A model generated the notes under the pieces. The model saw only the letters and a program-made list of their open reading frames with translations, did not search any database and was not told the DNA's origin. Source: Pseudolabrys sp. (GTDB lineage: Bacteria; Pseudomonadota; Alphaproteobacteria; Rhizobiales; Xanthobacteraceae). Taken from it: a DNA stretch of 64,000 nucleotides. Both the position numbers and the translations under genes were made by a program. Location: assembly GCA_049802775.1 (NCBI GenBank), contig JBARNC010000052.1, positions 10,997 to 74,996 of the forward strand, read 5' to 3'. Below, piece after piece: positions 45,514 through 55,580 of the stretch (its first letter is position 1; every line of letters begins with the position of its first letter).

Positions 45514-47379
45514 ATGAAATTAAGCCGCCGCCGCGCGTTGAGCCTTTTCGCCAGTGCGGCGGCGGCAGCCGCTGCCAGCAGCCGCGTTATTTCAGTCTCG
45601 GCGCAAAACGCCGATCGGCATGGCATGTCGGCCTTCGGCGACCTCAAATATCCGCCGGACTTTCCGCATTTTAGCTACGTCAATCCGAACGCGCCGAAAG
45701 GCGGGATGTTCTCGCAGATTGGTCCAAACCGCCAGTTCAATCAGTCGTTCCAGACCTTCAATTCGCTCAACAGCTTTATCCTGAAAGGCGATGCGGCGCA
45801 GGGCATGGAGCTTACGTTTGCGACCCTCATGGTACGCTCGGGGGACGAAGCCGATGCCATGTATGGGCTCGCCGCGAGCAGTGTTCGCATATCCGACGAT
45901 GAGCTGACGTACCGTTTCACTCTGCGTTCGCAAGCAAAATTTCATGACGGCACGCCGCTGACAGCGCATGATGTAGCCTGGTCCCTCACGACCTTGAAAG
46001 AGAAGGGTCATCCGATCATCACGCAGCAGCTGCGCGATTTCACGGGTGCCGAAGCGGCAGACGATCGTACTGTGGTCGCGCGCTTTGCCGAAAAACGCGG
46101 ACGCGACGTACCGCTGTTTATGGCCGCGTTGCCGATCTTTTCGCGTGCCTACTACTCAAAAAAGCCATTCGATGAATCGACACTCGACATTCCGCTCGGC
46201 AGCGGCGCCTATAAGGTCGGCCGCTTCCAGGTCGGGCATTTCATTGAATTTGAGCGCGTGAAGGACTGGTGGGGCGCCGACCTTCCGGTTTCGCGCGGGC
46301 AAAGTAATTTCGACGTGCTGCGCTTCGAATATTACCGGGATCGCGAAGTCGGATTCGAAGGTTTCACGGCCAAAAATTACCTGTTTCGCGAGGAGTTCAC
46401 CTCGCGCACCTGGGCGACACGCTACGATTTCCCAGCCTTCAAGGAAGGGCGCGTCAAGCGGGACGTGCTGCCGGATGACACACCCTCGGGCGCCCAAGGC
46501 TGGTTCATCAATACGCGGCGCGACAAATTTAAGGACCGACGCGTACGCGAGGCCCTGATCGATGCTTTCGATTTCGAATGGACCAACAAGAATATCATGT
46601 ATGGTTCCTACGAACGCACTCACTCGGTGTTCCAGAATTCCCCGATGATGGCGAAGGGCAATCCGGATGCTGCTGAGCTCGCGTTGCTCGAACCGTTTCG
46701 CGGCAAGCTCCCGGACGAGGTGTTCGGTGAACCCTATGTGCCACCAGTCACCGACGGGTCGGGACAGGACCGCCAATGGTTAAGACGCGGTGCGCAACTG
46801 CTCAATGACGCCGGGTGTACACTCAATAAGGGCAAGCGCGTTTTGCCGAGTGGAAAGCCGATCACCATCGAGTTCCTGATTGATGAGCCGACCTTCCAAC
46901 CGCATCATCTGCCGTACATCAAAAATCTCGGCGTCCTCGGCATCGACGCCACCTTGCGTGTGGTCGATCCGGTACAATACCGTGCACGCGTGGACGGTTT
47001 CGATTTCGATATCACGGTTGAACGCTTCAGCTTTTCTGCAACCCCCGGCGATTCGCTACGCACCTTTTTTTCATCGCAGGCTGCCGCAACTAAGGGGACG
47101 CAGAATCTTGCTGGCATCGCTGACCCGGCAGTGGATACGCTTGTTGACATCATTATTGCTGCCAAGACGCGTGCGGAGCTGACCGCCGCCTGTAAAGCGC
47201 TTGACCGGGTCATCCGCGCCGGGCGGTATTGGATTCCGCATTGGTATAAAGCGTCGCACTGGATCGCCTATTGGGACGTGTTCGGCCACCCGGCCAGCAA
47301 ACCTCGCTATTTTCGCGGAATTCCGGAAACCTGGTGGTACGACCGCGACAAGGCGGCAAAATTGGACCACAAAGGATAG
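45514..47379 (+). CDS. yejA: YejA-type family-5 periplasmic peptide-binding protein, paralogue 2
   Basis: The start was reset to ATG 45514 (MKLSRRRALSLFASAAAAAAA), 4 nt after the paralogue 1 stop. 621 aa, colinear with paralogue 1 (HGMSAFGDLKYPPDF... versus HGLSLFGDLKYPVGF...). Confidence 0.85.
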   Translation: MKLSRRRALSLFASAAAAAAASSRVISVSAQNADRHGMSAFGDLKYPPDFPHFSYVNPNAPKGGMFSQIGPNRQFNQSFQTFNSLNSFILKGDAAQGMELTFATLMVRSGDEADAMYGLAASSVRISDDELTYRFTLRSQAKFHDGTPLTAHDVAWSLTTLKEKGHPIITQQLRDFTGAEAADDRTVVARFAEKRGRDVPLFMAALPIFSRAYYSKKPFDESTLDIPLGSGAYKVGRFQVGHFIEFERVKDWWGADLPVSRGQSNFDVLRFEYYRDREVGFEGFTAKNYLFREEFTSRTWATRYDFPAFKEGRVKRDVLPDDTPSGAQGWFINTRRDKFKDRRVREALIDAFDFEWTNKNIMYGSYERTHSVFQNSPMMAKGNPDAAELALLEPFRGKLPDEVFGEPYVPPVTDGSGQDRQWLRRGAQLLNDAGCTLNKGKRVLPSGKPITIEFLIDEPTFQPHHLPYIKNLGVLGIDATLRVVDPVQYRARVDGFDFDITVERFSFSATPGDSLRTFFSSQAAATKGTQNLAGIADPAVDTLVDIIIAAKTRAELTAACKALDRVIRAGRYWIPHWYKASHWIAYWDVFGHPASKPRYFRGIPETWWYDRDKAAKLDHKG

Positions 47380-47431
47380 GGGCAATGCTGCGACTTTCGC
47401 GGCGGTTGGGGAATGACATACTGAGGAACGC

Positions 47432-48548
47432 ATGATCGCCTATATCATCCGCCGCCTTCTGTTCATGGTGCCGACCATGTTCGGCATTATGCTGGTGGCC
47501 TTCACCGTAGTGCAGTTCGCTCCCGGTGGGCCGGTCGAGCAGGTGATCGCCAAGCTTACCGGCTCGGATACGGGCGCGACCTCGCGAATTTCAGGGTCGG
47601 CCAGTGGAGACTTTGGTAGCCGCGGCCTGGCGCAGGGGGGCTTCGCAGGTCGACGCTGCCACCTCAAAATACCGCGGTGCGCAAGGACTCGATCCGGAAT
47701 TCATCAAGAAATTGGAAAAGCAGTTCGGCTTCGACAAGCCGGCGCCCGAACGCTTCGCGCTGATGTTGTGGAACTATATACGGTTTGACTTCGGGAAAAG
47801 CTATTTTCGCGATGTCAGCGTGTTGCAACTGGTCAAGGAAAAACTGCCGGTATCGATGTCACTCGGCATATGGATGACATTGCTGACCTATCTAATTTCG
47901 ATTCCGCTCGGCATCCGCAAAGCAATGGACGATGGCTCACGATTCGACGTGTGGACCTCCACAGTGGTCGTGATCGGCTACGCCATTCCCGGCTTTCTGT
48001 TTGCGATCCTGCTGATCGTCCTGTTCGCCGGCGGGTCGTTCTTCGATTGGTTTCCGTTGCGGGGTCTTGTGTCCGAAAACTGGTGGCAAATGCCGTGGTG
48101 GCAAAAGATCCCCGATTATTTTTGGCATCTGACGCTGCCGATTATTGCAATGGCCCTGTCGGCATTCGCCACCATGACGCTGCTGACGAAAAATTCGTTC
48201 CTTGAAGAAATCCGCAAGCAATACGTACTCACCGCGCGCGCCAAGGGCTGCACCAGGAATCAGGTGCTTTATGGACACGTTTTCCGCAATGCCATGCTCA
48301 TCGTTATTGCGGGCTTTCCGTCTGCTTTCGTGCACGCCTTCTTCACCGGCTCGTTGCTGATCGAGACCATTTTTTCGCTTGATGGCCTCGGCTTGCTCGG
48401 CTTTGAGAGCGTTCTCAACCGCGACTATCCGGTGGTGTTCGCCACCCTTTACATTTTTTCGCTCATTGGCGTGGTCGTGAACCTGATCTCCGACCTTACG
48501 TACACGTGGATCGATCCGCGTATCGACTTTGAGACGCGGGAGGTCTGA
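47432..48548 (+). pseudogene. yejB: YejB-type ABC permease, reading frame broken near a G6 run (47635..47640)
   Basis: The N-terminus MIAYIIRRLLFMVPTMFGIML...APGGPVEQ is in the frame of 47432, which stops at 47788. The rest, from [26 protein letters not shown] to the end, is in the frame of ORF 47604..48548. Together they are colinear with E. coli YejB as recalled. Confidence 0.7.
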
Positions 48549-48549
48549 G

Positions 48550-49740
48550 GTGGACGCGCGCGCCGGCATCAAGCCTCCTGAGATCGCAGTTTCGCCAATG
48601 GGGTTGGCGGCACCCCCGACAGGAAAAGCCATAGCGCTTTCGCCACTCAACAAGCGGCGCTGGGAAAATTTTACGGCCAATCGGCGTGGTTACTGGTCGC
48701 TGTGGATTTTTTTGGCGATGTTCGTAGTGTCGCTGTTTGCCGAATTTATCAGCAACGACAAGCCGATTTTCATATACGTAAACGGGCGACCGTTCTTCCC
48801 GGCTGTCGTGACCTATCCCGATACGGCCTTCGCCAAAGAGCAGGACCCGAACCTGTTCGGCACAGCAGCCGACTATCGTGACGATTACCTGATGGATCTG
48901 ATTCACAAGGAAGGAGGCATCATAGTCTGGCCGCCGGTGCGCTTCTATTACAACACGCAGGTGAGCAAGCCACCATCGCCGTTCCCGTCGAAGCCCACAT
49001 GGCTGCTGACGAAGAAAGATTGCGAATTTGCCGCCAGCCACGGCTTTGCCAAATGCGATGAAGTTGAAGCCAACTGGCTGGGCACCGACGATGGCGGTCG
49101 CGACGTGGTGGCACGCCTGATCTATGGTTTTAGGATCTCGGTATTGTTCGGATTGGCGCTCACCATCATTTCATCGATTATTGGTGTCGCCGCCGGCGCC
49201 GTGCAAGGCTATTTTGGCGGCTGGACCGATCTTCTGTTCCAGCGGTTCATTGAAATTTGGACCTCTATTCCGTCGCTCTATCTGCTGTTGATTATTTCGT
49301 CCGTACTGGTGCCAGGGTTCTTTGTATTGCTTGGTATATTGCTCCTGTTCTCCTGGGTCTCACTCGTCGGCCTGGTGCGTGCGGAATTCCTTCGCGGGCG
49401 TAATTTTGAATACATCCAGGCGGCGCGCGCTCTCGGCGTATCGAATATGGTCATCATCTTCCGCCATCTATTGCCGAACGCGATGGTGGCGACCATGACC
49501 TTCCTGCCATTCATCCTCTCGTCGTCGGTGATGACATTGACCGCGCTCGACTTCCTCGGTTTCGGGCTGCCGCCTGGTTCGCCCTCACTTGGCGAACTGC
49601 TGTCGCAAGGGAAAGCTAATGTGCAGGCACCTTGGCTGGGCTTCACCGGCTTTTTTAGTATCGCATTCATGCTGTCGCTGTTGATCTTCATCGGCGAGGC
49701 CGTGCGCGATGCTTTCGATCCAAGGAAGACGTTTCGATGA
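48550..49740 (+). CDS. yejE: YejE-type ABC permease
   Basis: GTG 48550 is preceded by GGGAGG (ATG 48598 is an alternative). Motif RRGYWSLWIFL as in E. coli YejE. Confidence 0.85.
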   Translation: MDARAGIKPPEIAVSPMGLAAPPTGKAIALSPLNKRRWENFTANRRGYWSLWIFLAMFVVSLFAEFISNDKPIFIYVNGRPFFPAVVTYPDTAFAKEQDPNLFGTAADYRDDYLMDLIHKEGGIIVWPPVRFYYNTQVSKPPSPFPSKPTWLLTKKDCEFAASHGFAKCDEVEANWLGTDDGGRDVVARLIYGFRISVLFGLALTIISSIIGVAAGAVQGYFGGWTDLLFQRFIEIWTSIPSLYLLLIISSVLVPGFFVLLGILLLFSWVSLVGLVRAEFLRGRNFEYIQAARALGVSNMVIIFRHLLPNAMVATMTFLPFILSSSVMTLTALDFLGFGLPPGSPSLGELLSQGKANVQAPWLGFTGFFSIAFMLSLLIFIGEAVRDAFDPRKTFR

Positions 49741-51371
49741 CCGCGCCCGAACCGCTTCTTTCGATTCGTGATCTGTCGATTGCTTTCGGACATGGCAGCC
49801 GGGAGGTAATGGCGGCCGATCGTGTGTCGTTCGATATCCGCAAGGGCGAGACGATGGCGCTTGTCGGCGAGTCCGGCTCCGGCAAGTCTGTCACCGCATT
49901 GTCCGTGATGAAGTTGTTGCCCTATCCGGCCGCACATCACCCCTCGGGCTCCATCAAGTTTCAAGGTCGCGAACTGCTGACTATGCCGGAGCAGCAAATT
50001 CGCGAAGTGCGCGGCAATGACATCACGATCATCTTTCAGGAGCCGATGACCTCGCTAAACCCGTTGCACACGATTGAAAAGCAGCTCCGAGAGATTTTAT
50101 TGCTGCATCAAGGGCTTGGGGGCGAGGCCGCACGCGCCCGAATTATCGAATTGCTCACACAGGTGGGAATCCCCGATCCGGCCGGCCGACTCGGCAGCTA
50201 TCCGCATCAACTCTCGGGCGGCCAGCGCCAGCGGGTGATGATCGCTATGGCGCTCGCCAACGAGCCAGACCTTCTGATTGCGGACGAGCCTACGACAGCG
50301 CTCGACGTAACGGTCCAAGCCCAAATCCTGAAGCTGTTGAAGGACACGCAAACGCAGCTCGGTATGTCGATGCTGTTCATCACCCATGATCTTGGCATCG
50401 TGCGCAAGCTTGCTGACAGGGTCTGCGTGATGCAACGCGGAAAGATTGTTGAGCATGGACAGGTCGAGCGCGTGTTCACCGCGCCTGAGCATCATTACAC
50501 CCGCGCGTTGTTGGCCGCCGAGCCGAAGCCGGATCCGGCACTGCCCAGGCCGAATGCGCCGGTTGTTATCGAGACGAAAGACCTCAAAGTGTGGTTTCCG
50601 ATCAAACGCGGTGTGCTGCGCAAGGTTGTTGGACATATCAAGGCAGTTGATGGTGTCAGCATCGAAGTGCGAAAGGGTGAAACGCTCGGGGTCGTTGGCG
50701 AATCAGGCTCCGGCAAAACCACTCTTGGTCTCGCAATCCTGCGGCTGATCTCCTCCGCCGGTCCGATCGTGTTCATGGGGCACGGCATCGAAAGCCTCAA
50801 GTTCAAGCAGATGCGGCCCTTCCGCCACGCCATGCAGATCGTGTTTCAAGACCCGTATGGCTCACTGTCTCCACGCATGTCGATATCGGACATCATCGAA
50901 GAGGGTCTGTGGGTGCATCATCCAGGGCTACCAAAGGCGGAGCGTGAGCAGCGCGTTGTCGCTGCGCTGAACGATGTCGGGCTCGACCCGCAGACCCGCC
51001 ACCGCTATCCGCATGAGTTCTCCGGCGGCCAACGCCAACGCATTGCACTCGCTCGCGCACTGGTTCTGGAGCCAACTTTTATCGTTCTGGACGAGCCCAC
51101 CAGCGCGCTCGATATGCTTATACAGTCGCAAATGGTCGACCTGCTGCGAGATCTGCAGAAGCGGCACGACCTTACTTATATGTTCATCTCCCACGATCTC
51201 CGCGTTGTGGCAGCATTGGCGAGCCGACTCCTGGTGTTGCGTAACGGCAAGATGGTGGAAGAGGGTGCGGCCGCAGAGTTGTTCAAGGCGCCTAAGACCG
51301 ACTACACGCGTGCGCTATTCGCTGCCGCCTTCAAGTTGGAAACCGCCCCCGAGGGCATAGTGTCACAGTAA
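49737..51371 (+). CDS. yejF: YejF-type double-ATPase ABC protein
   Basis: ORF of 544 aa with two Walker A sites ([16 protein letters not shown]) and two signatures ([16 protein letters not shown]). There is a 4-nt overlap with yejE. Confidence 0.9.
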   Translation: MTAPEPLLSIRDLSIAFGHGSREVMAADRVSFDIRKGETMALVGESGSGKSVTALSVMKLLPYPAAHHPSGSIKFQGRELLTMPEQQIREVRGNDITIIFQEPMTSLNPLHTIEKQLREILLLHQGLGGEAARARIIELLTQVGIPDPAGRLGSYPHQLSGGQRQRVMIAMALANEPDLLIADEPTTALDVTVQAQILKLLKDTQTQLGMSMLFITHDLGIVRKLADRVCVMQRGKIVEHGQVERVFTAPEHHYTRALLAAEPKPDPALPRPNAPVVIETKDLKVWFPIKRGVLRKVVGHIKAVDGVSIEVRKGETLGVVGESGSGKTTLGLAILRLISSAGPIVFMGHGIESLKFKQMRPFRHAMQIVFQDPYGSLSPRMSISDIIEEGLWVHHPGLPKAEREQRVVAALNDVGLDPQTRHRYPHEFSGGQRQRIALARALVLEPTFIVLDEPTSALDMLIQSQMVDLLRDLQKRHDLTYMFISHDLRVVAALASRLLVLRNGKMVEEGAAAELFKAPKTDYTRALFAAAFKLETAPEGIVSQ

Positions 51372-51377
51372 GAACCT

Positions 51378-51995
51378 ATGTCCAAACGGCGAGAGCTTGC
51401 AGATCTGCCCGTGGACATTGTTTTATCGCGACCTGAAATCCTCGCCAAAGCCTATCGCGACTATCATCACTATAGTGTGACCTTGAAGGGCAACGAAGGT
51501 CCGGTCGTGCAGGAACGCGACGTGCTGATCGCCGGCAAGGTGATAGTGGTAATACCGATCGACGTCGCGCGCCAGGAAATCGTGTTGATCCGCCAGTTCC
51601 GTCTGCCCGCGTATCTTGCCAACGGTCGCGGCGATCTCGTCGAGTTCGTGGCGGGACGCGTCGAGGCGGACGAATCGTTAATCGAGGCGGCACGGCGCGA
51701 ATGCAGGGAAGAGATTGGGGTAGCTCCGGAAAAGCCGGTCGAGCTTCTCACTTTTCTGAGCACACCCGGGGTGACAGATGAGGAGGTTACAATCTTTCTT
51801 GCCGCCGTCGATACTACGCAAGTGCGCGACGGCGCGCTGACGACGCCGGACGGCGAGCAGCTTTACGTCCACCGCGTTTCCATCGATTTAGCAATCAGCG
51901 CCCTCCACCGCGACACGATGCGTAGCAGCCCATTGATCATTGGATTACAATGGCTGGCGCTCAATCGGGAGCGCATCGCTGGGCTGCTGCGTTAG
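51378..51995 (+). CDS. NUDIX hydrolase (ADP-ribose/NDP-sugar pyrophosphatase-like)
   Basis: ORF of 205 aa with Nudix box GRVEADESLIEAARRECREEIG. It starts 6 nt after the yejF stop. Confidence 0.85.
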   Translation: MSKRRELADLPVDIVLSRPEILAKAYRDYHHYSVTLKGNEGPVVQERDVLIAGKVIVVIPIDVARQEIVLIRQFRLPAYLANGRGDLVEFVAGRVEADESLIEAARRECREEIGVAPEKPVELLTFLSTPGVTDEEVTIFLAAVDTTQVRDGALTTPDGEQLYVHRVSIDLAISALHRDTMRSSPLIIGLQWLALNRERIAGLLR

Positions 51996-52834
51996 GTCAC
52001 CCGCTTCACCGCGGTGATTTCATTTCCTGTCGCCTTGATACGCTGTATTGCTTCCGCGACCGGTTCAAACGCAACCATCATGTGATGCACATTTGCATGG
52101 ATGAGGATCTCGGAATCGCGAGCGATAGCGACATGACCTTTCCAGAACAGCAGATCGCCGCGGCGCAGACTCGCGAGCGACGACAATTTTCCGAGCGCCA
52201 GTTCCTGGATGTCGCTGTCGCGTGGGCACGCGATGCCGGCGGCCTGGAGTGAGACTTGCACAAGGCCCGAGCAGTCGAGCCCGAGCGAGGTCTTGCCGCC
52301 CCACAAATAAGGCGTGCCAAGAAATCGTTCGGCCACCGCGACAAAATCAGCTTGTCGCACCTTGATTGGCGCCAGATAGACTTCCGGCACGTGCCATCCG
52401 GATACGGTCACGGCGAATCGCTCATCTTGCCGTGCGATAGCAAGCCGCGCTCCCATCGGCAGCGCGGCGATTGGAGGCAGCTTAATGTCCGGTCCCGGGA
52501 ATGCGAACGCGCGCAGGACTGCAACCTTGTGGGTCGGGGCTGGGCCGCTTGGCCCGAGCGAGTTGGCCGACAGCCACCCGACATAGCCGTCGGTTTCCAG
52601 TTGGCCCCAAGCCCAGCCCTCCTCGGTCGTTTCGTAAATCATCACCCGTTCGCCGAGCAGCGCTTCGCTGTCGAGCCTTGCGTCGTGCGATGGCGTGCGG
52701 CGCAGAGCAGTGATCGGTTCGATCACCTGGTGGCGGGTGCCTTCGACAAAGCGACTAGCCTCAACCTGACCTTGCAAATACTTCGCCGCGATCTCGGGTC
52801 GAAAAGGATTTATGCGGGGGTCGAGAGCCACCAT
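51992..52834 (-). CDS. Cytoplasmic NlpC/P60 (C40) peptidase with N-terminal SH3b-like domains (YkfC/dipeptidyl-peptidase VI-like)
   Basis: The start was reset to ATG 52834 (MVALDPRINPF..., no signal peptide). SH3b-like segment GERVMIYETTEEGWAWGQLETDGYVGWL, catalytic YLWGGKTSLGLDCSGLV, and His in GHVAIA. Confidence 0.85.
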   Translation of the reverse strand: MVALDPRINPFRPEIAAKYLQGQVEASRFVEGTRHQVIEPITALRRTPSHDARLDSEALLGERVMIYETTEEGWAWGQLETDGYVGWLSANSLGPSGPAPTHKVAVLRAFAFPGPDIKLPPIAALPMGARLAIARQDERFAVTVSGWHVPEVYLAPIKVRQADFVAVAERFLGTPYLWGGKTSLGLDCSGLVQVSLQAAGIACPRDSDIQELALGKLSSLASLRRGDLLFWKGHVAIARDSEILIHANVHHMMVAFEPVAEAIQRIKATGNEITAVKRVT

Positions 52835-52836
52835 GG

Positions 52837-54213
52837 TCAGGAATAGCGAGCGCAGAACAACGCATAAAGCGCGCGCGCTGTCTGGCACTCGGCGCCTTCG
52901 GGACGTCCGGGCTTCGCAGTCGGCGTCCAGGCGAAAATATCGAAGTGAAGCCAAGATTTTGTAGTGATGAAGCGGCGCAAAAACAGGGCAGCTGTGATGG
53001 CGCCACCATGACCACCGGTCGCGACGTTATTGAGATCGGCGACTTTTGAATCAAGCATCGCCTCATAGGGCCGCCATAGTGGCATGCGCCAGAGTGGATC
53101 GTTCTCGGCGGCGCCGGCACGCACAAGTTCGCCAGCGAGTGCATCATCATCAGTGAAAAATGGTGCCACCTCAGGACCCAGCGCAACGCGTGCAGCACCT
53201 GTGAGCGTGGCAAAATCGATGATCAACGCAGGCTTGTCTTCGTCGGCAAGTGTGAGCGCGTCGGCAAGGATCAGCCGGCCTTCCGCATCGGTATTGCCGA
53301 TTTCGACCGAAATTCCCTTGCGCGAAACGTAGACATCGCGCGGGCGGAAGCTGGTACCCGAGATCGAATTCTCCACCGCCGGAATTATGACGCGCAGCCT
53401 AACCTTCAAATCGCACGCCATGATCATATGAGCGAGGGCCAGCGCGGTTGCTGCCCCGCCCATATCCTTCTTCATATTGAGCATGCCGGTATCGGGCTTG
53501 ATGTCGAGCCCGCCCGTGTCGAAGCAGACCCCTTTGCCGACAAGCGTAATTTTCGGATCGACGGCCTTGCCCCAGGAAATATCGATCAGCCGTGGTGTTC
53601 GCGCCGAGCCGGTGCCGACCGCATGCACCAGCGGAAAATTCTTGGCGAGCGCGTCACCACTCGTGACCTGCACCTTGGCGCTGTGCTGGTTGGCGAGTGC
53701 CCGGCTGGCCGCTTCCAGCTCGGCGGGCCCCATATTGTTGGACGGTGTGTTGATAAGATCGCGGCAGAGCGTCACGCCCTCGACAATGCGGCTGAGATCT
53801 TTGCCATCAACGCCTTCCGGAATCACAAGATGCACATTGCGCTTTTCTGTCTTGCGGTAGCGAACAAACTGATATGCACCGAGTGCAAAAGCCAGCGCAG
53901 CCAATCGCCCATCATGCGGTGCGTTCGCGAAACGATAGGTCCCCGGTGGCAGCAGTCCGGACAACTGTCCAGGCCGAAACCGGTCAACTTCGCTCTCCCC
54001 GGGTTCTTCGATCCCGAACAAAACGCCGGCAAGTTTCCCGTCCGCCGCGGGCAGCAGCATCAGCCGACCCGCCTTGGCCTCAAAGTCTGCGGCGACGACG
54101 AATGCACGTTCTCGCTCGCCAATCTTCCTGCGCACTGAATCGAAATTTCCGGCATGGACAAACCAGATCGGGATCGACTGCGTTTTGCCGTCAATTGCAA
54201 AGACAGGATGCAT
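52837..54213 (-). CDS. M17 leucyl aminopeptidase-family protein
   Basis: The start was reset to ATG 54213. Motifs VGKGVCFDTGGLDIKP and NTDAEGRL. Confidence 0.88.
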   Translation of the reverse strand: MHPVFAIDGKTQSIPIWFVHAGNFDSVRRKIGERERAFVVAADFEAKAGRLMLLPAADGKLAGVLFGIEEPGESEVDRFRPGQLSGLLPPGTYRFANAPHDGRLAALAFALGAYQFVRYRKTEKRNVHLVIPEGVDGKDLSRIVEGVTLCRDLINTPSNNMGPAELEAASRALANQHSAKVQVTSGDALAKNFPLVHAVGTGSARTPRLIDISWGKAVDPKITLVGKGVCFDTGGLDIKPDTGMLNMKKDMGGAATALALAHMIMACDLKVRLRVIIPAVENSISGTSFRPRDVYVSRKGISVEIGNTDAEGRLILADALTLADEDKPALIIDFATLTGAARVALGPEVAPFFTDDDALAGELVRAGAAENDPLWRMPLWRPYEAMLDSKVADLNNVATGGHGGAITAALFLRRFITTKSWLHFDIFAWTPTAKPGRPEGAECQTARALYALFCARYS

Positions 54214-54215
54214 AG

Positions 54216-55439
54216 CTACTCCGCAACATCGCGGATGGATGGTTTGGGAGTATAGCCACCACGTGTTTGCGGCAGCTTCCATCCGAGCATCTTGGAAGCG
54301 ACCAGCGTGCGCAGTACCTGGGCGGTTCCCCCGCCGATCGTGAACATGCGCACGTCGCGAGCCATGCGTTCCAATGGCAATTCGCGCGAATAGCCGCGCG
54401 CGCCGAAGATTTGCAACGCATCATTGACGATTTTGATGGCAGCTTCAGACGCGAAAATCTTCGCTTGCGCTGCCAGCACCGGATCGGGGAAAGCACTATT
54501 GTCAGGGCCGCGCGAGCGCGCAGCTTGATAGAGCATCAGGCGCGCGGCGGTAAGCTGCACCTGCATGTCGGCGAGCATCCATTGGAGGCCTTGGAACTCG
54601 CCGATTGGTCTCCCGAATTGTTCGCGTATCTTCATCCAACCAAGCGCATGGTCGAGCGCGCCTGCAGCAATGCCCATGGCCACGCTGCCGGCGCCGACGC
54701 GTTGGCTGTTATAGGCGTTCATCAGGTCCGCAAAACCCCGGCGGAAACCAGATGGCGGCATTACGGCCATGGTTGTTGGAACTTCCAGATCTTCGAAAAT
54801 GATCTCGCCCTCCGGCATGCCACGCAGACCCATGGTCTGCTCGCGCTTTCCCAGACGCAGACCCTTCGATTCTTCGCGTACGGCAAGGAAGCCGCCGATT
54901 CCAAGTTCTTCGCCACGCTCGTCGAACACGCGGGCAAAGATCAAATGCAGACGCGAGACGCCCGCGCCGGTGATCCAGTGCTTCTTGCCGTTGATGACAT
55001 AAACATCGCCGCGCTTGTCGGCTCGGGTGGTCATGGCTGTGGCGTCGGAGCCGGCCTCCGGCTCGGTGATACAGATCGCGGGCTTGTCGCCCGCGAGGAC
55101 CAGCCGGGCTGCGAGCTTTTTCTGTGCATCGCTGCCATAGGTCATCACGGTCGATATCGCGCCCATATTGGTTTCGACCACGATGCGCGCCGTCACGGTG
55201 CAGCATTTCGCCATCTCTTCGATTACCAGCACTGGGTCAAGGAAGGATCGCTCTTGGCCGCCGAAAGCCTTCGGTATGGTCATGCCGAGAAAGCCGGCCT
55301 CTTTCAGCGCTGTCACGATGTCCCAGGGATATCGCTCGTCGCGGTCGATGACCGCAGCGCGGGGACGCGCGACATCTCGTGCAAATGCGCGCGCGCGCGC
55401 TTGTAGCAAGGTTTCGTCTTGAGAAATGCCTAAGTCCAT
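54216..55439 (-). CDS. Acyl-CoA dehydrogenase
   Basis: The start was reset to ATG 55439 (MDLGISQDETLL...). ACAD N, middle and C domains are present (ITEPEAGSD, QIFGARGY). Confidence 0.9.
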   Translation of the reverse strand: MDLGISQDETLLQARARAFARDVARPRAAVIDRDERYPWDIVTALKEAGFLGMTIPKAFGGQERSFLDPVLVIEEMAKCCTVTARIVVETNMGAISTVMTYGSDAQKKLAARLVLAGDKPAICITEPEAGSDATAMTTRADKRGDVYVINGKKHWITGAGVSRLHLIFARVFDERGEELGIGGFLAVREESKGLRLGKREQTMGLRGMPEGEIIFEDLEVPTTMAVMPPSGFRRGFADLMNAYNSQRVGAGSVAMGIAAGALDHALGWMKIREQFGRPIGEFQGLQWMLADMQVQLTAARLMLYQAARSRGPDNSAFPDPVLAAQAKIFASEAAIKIVNDALQIFGARGYSRELPLERMARDVRMFTIGGGTAQVLRTLVASKMLGWKLPQTRGGYTPKPSIRDVAE

Positions 55440-55464
55440 CGCGGCGATCGTAAACCCGGTAAAT

Positions 55465-55510
55465 GCATGATCCCGAAAAGTGGGCACCGGTTTTTGGAAA
55501 AGATCATGCG
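55465..55510. repeat. Copy 2 (inverted) of the ~47-nt palindromic element
   Basis: GCATGATCCCGAAAAGTGGGCACCGGTTTTTGGAAAAGATCATGCG is the reverse complement of 18466..18512 apart from 2 positions. It lies 26 nt upstream of the acyl-CoA dehydrogenase start. Confidence 0.8.
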
Positions 55511-55580
55511 TAATCTCAGTCAGTTTACAAGTTAACCAGTCGGGAGGGTTAACATTTTATTGTTTGGATAGGCTGCTGTC

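Noticed and set aside
45036-46776. Minus-strand ORFs of 203 and 206 aa (45036..45647, 46156..46776)
   Set aside because: They are antisense to the two yejA paralogues and have no recognisable features.
47604-48548. Treating ORF 47604..48548 (GTG start) and ORF 47432..47788 as two independent genes
   Set aside because: Together they reconstitute one colinear YejB permease. The 118-aa ORF's tail ([18 protein letters not shown]...) is out-of-frame nonsense, so a frameshifted single gene is the better reading.
54267-55406. 379-aa ORF on the plus strand
   Set aside because: It is antisense to the acyl-CoA dehydrogenase gene, is Arg/His/Ala-rich and has no motifs, so it is a GC-rich artefact.
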